From Actinomycetales bacterium (lineage in GTDB: Bacteria; Actinomycetota; Actinomycetes; Actinomycetales; CAWJMD01): a stretch of DNA of 64,000 nt. Position numbers and translations under genes: made by a program. The notes under the pieces were generated by a model. It worked only from the letters and a program-made list of their open reading frames with translations, made no database searches and had not been told where the DNA came from. This document shows, piece by piece, positions 60,396-64,000 of the stretch. Every line of letters starts with the position of its first letter. Position 1 is the stretch's first letter. The stretch lies in the NCBI GenBank assembly GCA_047974565.1, contig JBKECN010000015.1, positions 68,142-132,141 of the forward strand. The letters are read 5' to 3'.

Positions 60396-61727
60396 TCAGC
60401 CGCGAGCCGACGAGCGAACCCGGGCGAGCCGGGCCAGCAGCAGGGCCGGGTTGAAGCCGACCGCCGAGGACTCGAACGACTTGGCCGAGTCCATGAGCGA
60501 TTCCAGCTGAACGGTGCCGTCTTCGAGGGCCGAGTCCAGCAGCGGAAGGTACTCGTCGAAGTGGCTCTCGACCTTGTTGCGCTCGATCAGCGCACGCCAG
60601 GCGGTGGCCAGACGCTGAATGCGCTCGAAGGCCATCCGAGCGTCTTCAAGATCGCCGGCCATCTGCTTGGTGGTGGCGATGTTCGCGTCGAGCCGCTCGG
60701 CGAGGTCCTGCAGCTGGGTGGTCAGGGTGCCGGTGAGCGCGGCGCTGGTCGGCTCGGCGTCCACCCGGTCCTCCTTGCCGTCCATCACACCCGCGATGTA
60801 GCGGCCGAGGGTCTCGGACTGCAGGGCGCACAGCGCGACGGTGAAGCGCAGCTCGGCGCGGTTGGACAGTACGCCGTCGACCTGGCGGTGCAGACTCTGC
60901 AGCGCATCCTTGACCTTGGTGCACTGCACGTGCATCGGGCCGGCGCTGCTGGCCAGCACCGGAGCCCGGTCGGCGAGCCGCTCGGCGGTGAGCCGGGCCT
61001 CGTTGATCGCGGTGTCCAGCGACTCCACGACGCCGTGTGAGGAGAGCACCCGGTCATCAAGGGTCGACGCCAGTTCCTGGAAGGACGCCAGATCCCCGAA
61101 GAGGGCGCGGATCTGTGAGTCGATCTGCCGGACACCGGCGTACATCTCACCGTACTGGCCGTCCGATCGGCGGGCGGGCAGCTCCGAGGCGAGCTTGGCG
61201 CGGGCCTCGACCTCGGCCGGCAGCGCGTGCAACTGGAAGGTCTCGTAGGAGTCGAAGCCGGCCTCGGCGAGCGACTTGGCCAGAGAGTCGGCCCCGTTGG
61301 CTGCCGCCGCGGCTGCGGAGACGCCACCGCGCTCCAGTTCGGAGTCTCGTGCCGTGTGGTACATCCGCTCGACCTGGTCGAGCACGTCCTGACGGCAGGG
61401 CAGGCTGCGTACCGACAGGTAGCCGCCGTCGACCGGGGTGATGGTGGCGAACGCCCAGTAGGCGCTGCCGTCCGCACCGAGGTTCTTCACGTAGGCGCAG
61501 GTGGGCTTCTGGTCACCGATCCGGTCCCAGATGATCTTGAAGGCGCCGCCGGGCATGTCCGGGTGGCGGATGACGTTGTGCGGTGCGCCGATGAGCTTGT
61601 TGAGCGGGTAGCGCGACATGTCGACGAAGACGCTGTTTGCCAGCTGGATGCGACCCTTGAGGTCCGTCGTCGAGAAGAAGAGCTCGTTGACGTGCACCTC
61701 GTGCATGGCGCCGGTCGGCTGTGGCAT
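60396..61727 (-). CDS. PAS-domain protein with long C-terminal coiled coil
   Basis: N-terminal Aer-type PAS (FFSTTDLKGRIQLANSVFVDMSRY...GAPHNVIRHPDMPGGAFKIIWD...YVKNLGADGSAYWAF). The remainder is helical. AGGAGG upstream of ATG 61727. Confidence 0.7.
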   Translation of the reverse strand: MPQPTGAMHEVHVNELFFSTTDLKGRIQLANSVFVDMSRYPLNKLIGAPHNVIRHPDMPGGAFKIIWDRIGDQKPTCAYVKNLGADGSAYWAFATITPVDGGYLSVRSLPCRQDVLDQVERMYHTARDSELERGGVSAAAAAANGADSLAKSLAEAGFDSYETFQLHALPAEVEARAKLASELPARRSDGQYGEMYAGVRQIDSQIRALFGDLASFQELASTLDDRVLSSHGVVESLDTAINEARLTAERLADRAPVLASSAGPMHVQCTKVKDALQSLHRQVDGVLSNRAELRFTVALCALQSETLGRYIAGVMDGKEDRVDAEPTSAALTGTLTTQLQDLAERLDANIATTKQMAGDLEDARMAFERIQRLATAWRALIERNKVESHFDEYLPLLDSALEDGTVQLESLMDSAKSFESSAVGFNPALLLARLARVRSSARG

Positions 61728-61826
61728 GTTGGGGAGACCTCCTTGGTCGGTGCATCCCTCAGGGCCCGGGATGCTTCTTCATCAGCACTTGTCGGTTGCC
61801 GGATCGCCCATCTGTAGACATCCTTT

Positions 61827-61844
61827 CTTGCGAATTCTCGCAAG
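61827..61844. promoter_or_regulatory. Inverted repeat upstream of the PAS gene (candidate operator or 5'-UTR hairpin)
   Basis: CTTGCGA-attc-TCGCAAG, 7-bp arms, about 100 nt upstream of the 61727 start in a lower-GC spacer. Confidence 0.3.
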
Positions 61845-62191
61845 TGTGCAGAAGCGTTATGACGCATGCAGGCTGAATCGCGCCAGCCGCGAAACTATCC
61901 GGAACGCGTCGAACTCATTGCCGGACAGTGGTTTACGGCTACAGATGCGACATCGCCGGGGGAGCGTGGCGCGGACGCTGCGAGTCTTGCGGGACCACCG
62001 AGTTCAGTGAGTCAGGAGGGATCTCGGATGCATTCCGGGACGTGTGCTTTACCAAGAACGGAAATGACGGGATATCTCCGGAAGCGGGTGACTGACCGGT
62101 TTATCGGGGACGCCGACGAAGGGCGGCCGGCGGCGCAGGCACTGCCCGGTCGATGCCAGATCCGCCCAGCGCGGGGATGTGCGCCGAGAGT

Positions 62192-62929
62192 TCAGTCGCG
62201 GGCGTAACGGCGGCAGAAGGCCCGCAGAATCACCTGGGCGTACTCGACGTCGGCCGCCGCCGCCATCGCCTTGAGCGCAGCCGCCTCGCTCGGGTGGAAG
62301 TACCCGTGGTGGGCGTAGGCGTCCACCCGGGTGGCCAGGCCTTCGGCGTCCAACTCGGGGTGGTACTGGGTTGCGTACACATTGCGGCCCACCCGGAATG
62401 CCTGGACCGGGCACGCAGCCGACCCGGCCAGCCGGACGGCGCTGGGTGGCAGGACGCTGATCGCCTCCTTGTGGCCGACGAAGGCGCGAAAGCTCGCCGG
62501 CGCCTCGGCGAAGAGGGCGTCCTGGCGTCCGGCATCGGTCAGGGTGATGGTCACCGCGGACACCGGCTCGCCGTAGCGCCTGTCTACCGTCCCGCCCTGG
62601 TGCGTGCCCACCGATCCGACGCCGTAACACGCTCCCAGCAAAGGGAAGTCGCGCGCGATCACCACGTCCAGCAGGCGGGCCATGTCGCTTTCGACCCGCA
62701 ACTGGACAGCGGACTTGGTCGTCTGCGGGTCGGAGTTGTTGAAAGGGCTCCCGCCCAGGATCACCCCGGAGTAGCGGTCGAGATCCAGGTCCGCGGGCAG
62801 GGGCACCGCCTCGAGCCGATGCCGGACCAACTCCTCGCCCTGGAGCCCCCCATAGCGCAGCATGGCCGCATACTCGCTGTCCGCCGGGGCATCCTCGGCG
62901 CGGGTCGCCAGCAGCAGGAACGGTCGCAC
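62192..62929 (-). CDS. Class-I glutamine amidotransferase-like protein
   Basis: 245 aa. PLLGACYGVG (nucleophile Cys) and ATQYHPE (His/Glu). Confidence 0.8.
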   Translation of the reverse strand: MRPFLLLATRAEDAPADSEYAAMLRYGGLQGEELVRHRLEAVPLPADLDLDRYSGVILGGSPFNNSDPQTTKSAVQLRVESDMARLLDVVIARDFPLLGACYGVGSVGTHQGGTVDRRYGEPVSAVTITLTDAGRQDALFAEAPASFRAFVGHKEAISVLPPSAVRLAGSAACPVQAFRVGRNVYATQYHPELDAEGLATRVDAYAHHGYFHPSEAAALKAMAAAADVEYAQVILRAFCRRYARD

Positions 62930-63265
62930 GGCAGGACAACGTAGCGGACGCGCGGGGGTTCACACTTCTGCGCGGGGCGGGCTGGGGTCGGATCCCGGTG
63001 CGGCGGTAGCGAGGTTGCCCCCTACGCGAGGCGTGCTGCGGGGGTCGGATCCCTGTGAGGCGGCGACTGCCACGTTCCCGCGCGGGCGAACCCGCAGCTC
63101 ATCGACCGGAGCCAGCCGTCCACCGGGACGCCGCCCGCGAGCGGGGGTCCCGTCCGACTCGTGCGAACCGGCTCGGATATCGCCCAGAAGGAGGACATGA
63201 CACCATCTCACCGCCCGAGCCAGTCGATTCGGCTCATCTCGGACCGGTAACCGCAGTACCTTCCG

Positions 63266-64000
63266 ATGATGGACCGCGCCACGCGCAGGCCGGACCCGCT
63301 CTGGCAGCGGCTGTTACCGGGGCTGGCGGTGCTGCGTGACTATCGACGGTCCTGGTTGCGGGGCGACCTGCTTGCCGGGCTCACCGTCGCGGCCTACCTC
63401 ATCCCGCAGGTGATGGCTTACGCCGAGGTCGCCGGCCTGCCTGCCGTCACCGGGCTCTGGGCGTGTCTGGCCCCGCTGCTGGTGTACGCACTCGCCGGCT
63501 CCTCGCGGAGGCTGTCGATCGGGCCCGAGTCCACCACTGCACTGATGACGGCGGTGGCGGTGGCTGCCTTGGTGGACGCCGCTGGCCCTGGCCGGTACGC
63601 AGAGGTGGCCGCCGTCCTGGCCATCGCGGTCGGGGTGGTCTGCGTCCTCGGACGCCTGGCTCGGCTCGGCTTCCTGGCCGACCTGCTCTCTCGTCCGGTG
63701 CTCATCGGGTACATGGCAGGCATCGCTGTGTTGATGATCGCCTCGCAGATCGGCAAGGTCACCGGTCGCCCGGTGCTCAGCAAGGAGCCACTGCCGCAGA
63801 TCTGGGAGGGGCTCACCCACCTCAGCCAGGCACACCTGCCCACGCTGTTGCTCGCCCTGGCAGTGCTGACCGCGCTCTTCGGGCTGGCCCGGTTCGCACC
63901 GTCCTGGCCGGGACCCCTTCTGGCCATGCTGGCGGCGGCCGCGGTAGTAGCCGGCCTGCACCTGCAGGAGCGGGGGATCGCTGTGGTGGGTGCGGTGCCC
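63266..64000 (+). CDS. SulP-family anion permease (5' part, runs off the window)
   Basis: Not in the track because there is no stop in the window. The frame is open from ATG 63266. DLLAGLTVAAYLIPQVMAYAEVAGLPAVTGLWACLAPLLVYALAGSSRRLSIGPEST. Confidence 0.85.
   Translation, partial: MMDRATRRPDPLWQRLLPGLAVLRDYRRSWLRGDLLAGLTVAAYLIPQVMAYAEVAGLPAVTGLWACLAPLLVYALAGSSRRLSIGPESTTALMTAVAVAALVDAAGPGRYAEVAAVLAIAVGVVCVLGRLARLGFLADLLSRPVLIGYMAGIAVLMIASQIGKVTGRPVLSKEPLPQIWEGLTHLSQAHLPTLLLALAVLTALFGLARFAPSWPGPLLAMLAAAAVVAGLHLQERGIAVVGAVP

Overview
This is a very GC-rich window of actinobacterial-type chromosome with about 50 supportable genes. Codon third positions are almost all G/C, and ATGA/GTGA start-stop overlaps are frequent. 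Many track ORFs are antisense or out-of-frame shadows and are not reported.

Layout:
- 1-563: edge of a possible IS (DUF6788-like ORF plus the 5' end of a second ORF).
- 0.9-12.7 kb: two Zn-dependent dehydrogenases, a Tat-lipoprotein serpin, and a small secreted protein with an OmpR-type two-component system. Then two paralogous secreted coiled-coil proteins, an ApbE / ferric-reductase-TM / NuoF-like / ferredoxin operon, and DoxX.
- 12.9-38.7 kb: a composite secondary-metabolite locus on two divergent, translationally coupled operons. This is the main finding.
- 38.7-64 kb: core and accessory genes. These include DUF1992, a lytic-transglycosylase-like protein, folP, a DDAH-like enzyme, TrpB2, a TetR/quinone-reductase pair and homocysteine methyltransferase. 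Also present are DinB, class I fumarase, a PfkB kinase, PucR, xseB, a PAS protein, a GATase and a partial SulP.
- This last region also carries decayed toxin-antitoxin/AbiEi remnants and several unrelated short tandem-repeat arrays in intergenic spacers.

Main locus, minus operon:
- DsbA-like protein.
- An indigoidine-synthetase-type NRPS, A(Ox)-T-TE, with a C-terminal PptA-like tautomerase.
- A HAD hydrolase.
- A CysK/SbnA-like PLP enzyme.
- Two ATP-grasp ligases.

Main locus, plus operon:
- HisC-like aminotransferase, a fused double ATP-grasp protein, an MFS transporter fused to an AroQ chorismate-mutase domain, PabAB and a prephenate-dehydrogenase-like enzyme. Together these give a full p-aminophenylalanine-type pathway.
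- Next come an adenylate-forming ligase and a fused E1-like/YcaO cyclodehydratase.
- A duplicated-module histidine kinase and a NarL-type regulator close the operon.

I know each module from separate characterised pathways but not this combination. All functional calls come from reading the translated ORFs and motifs by eye. No database search was run.
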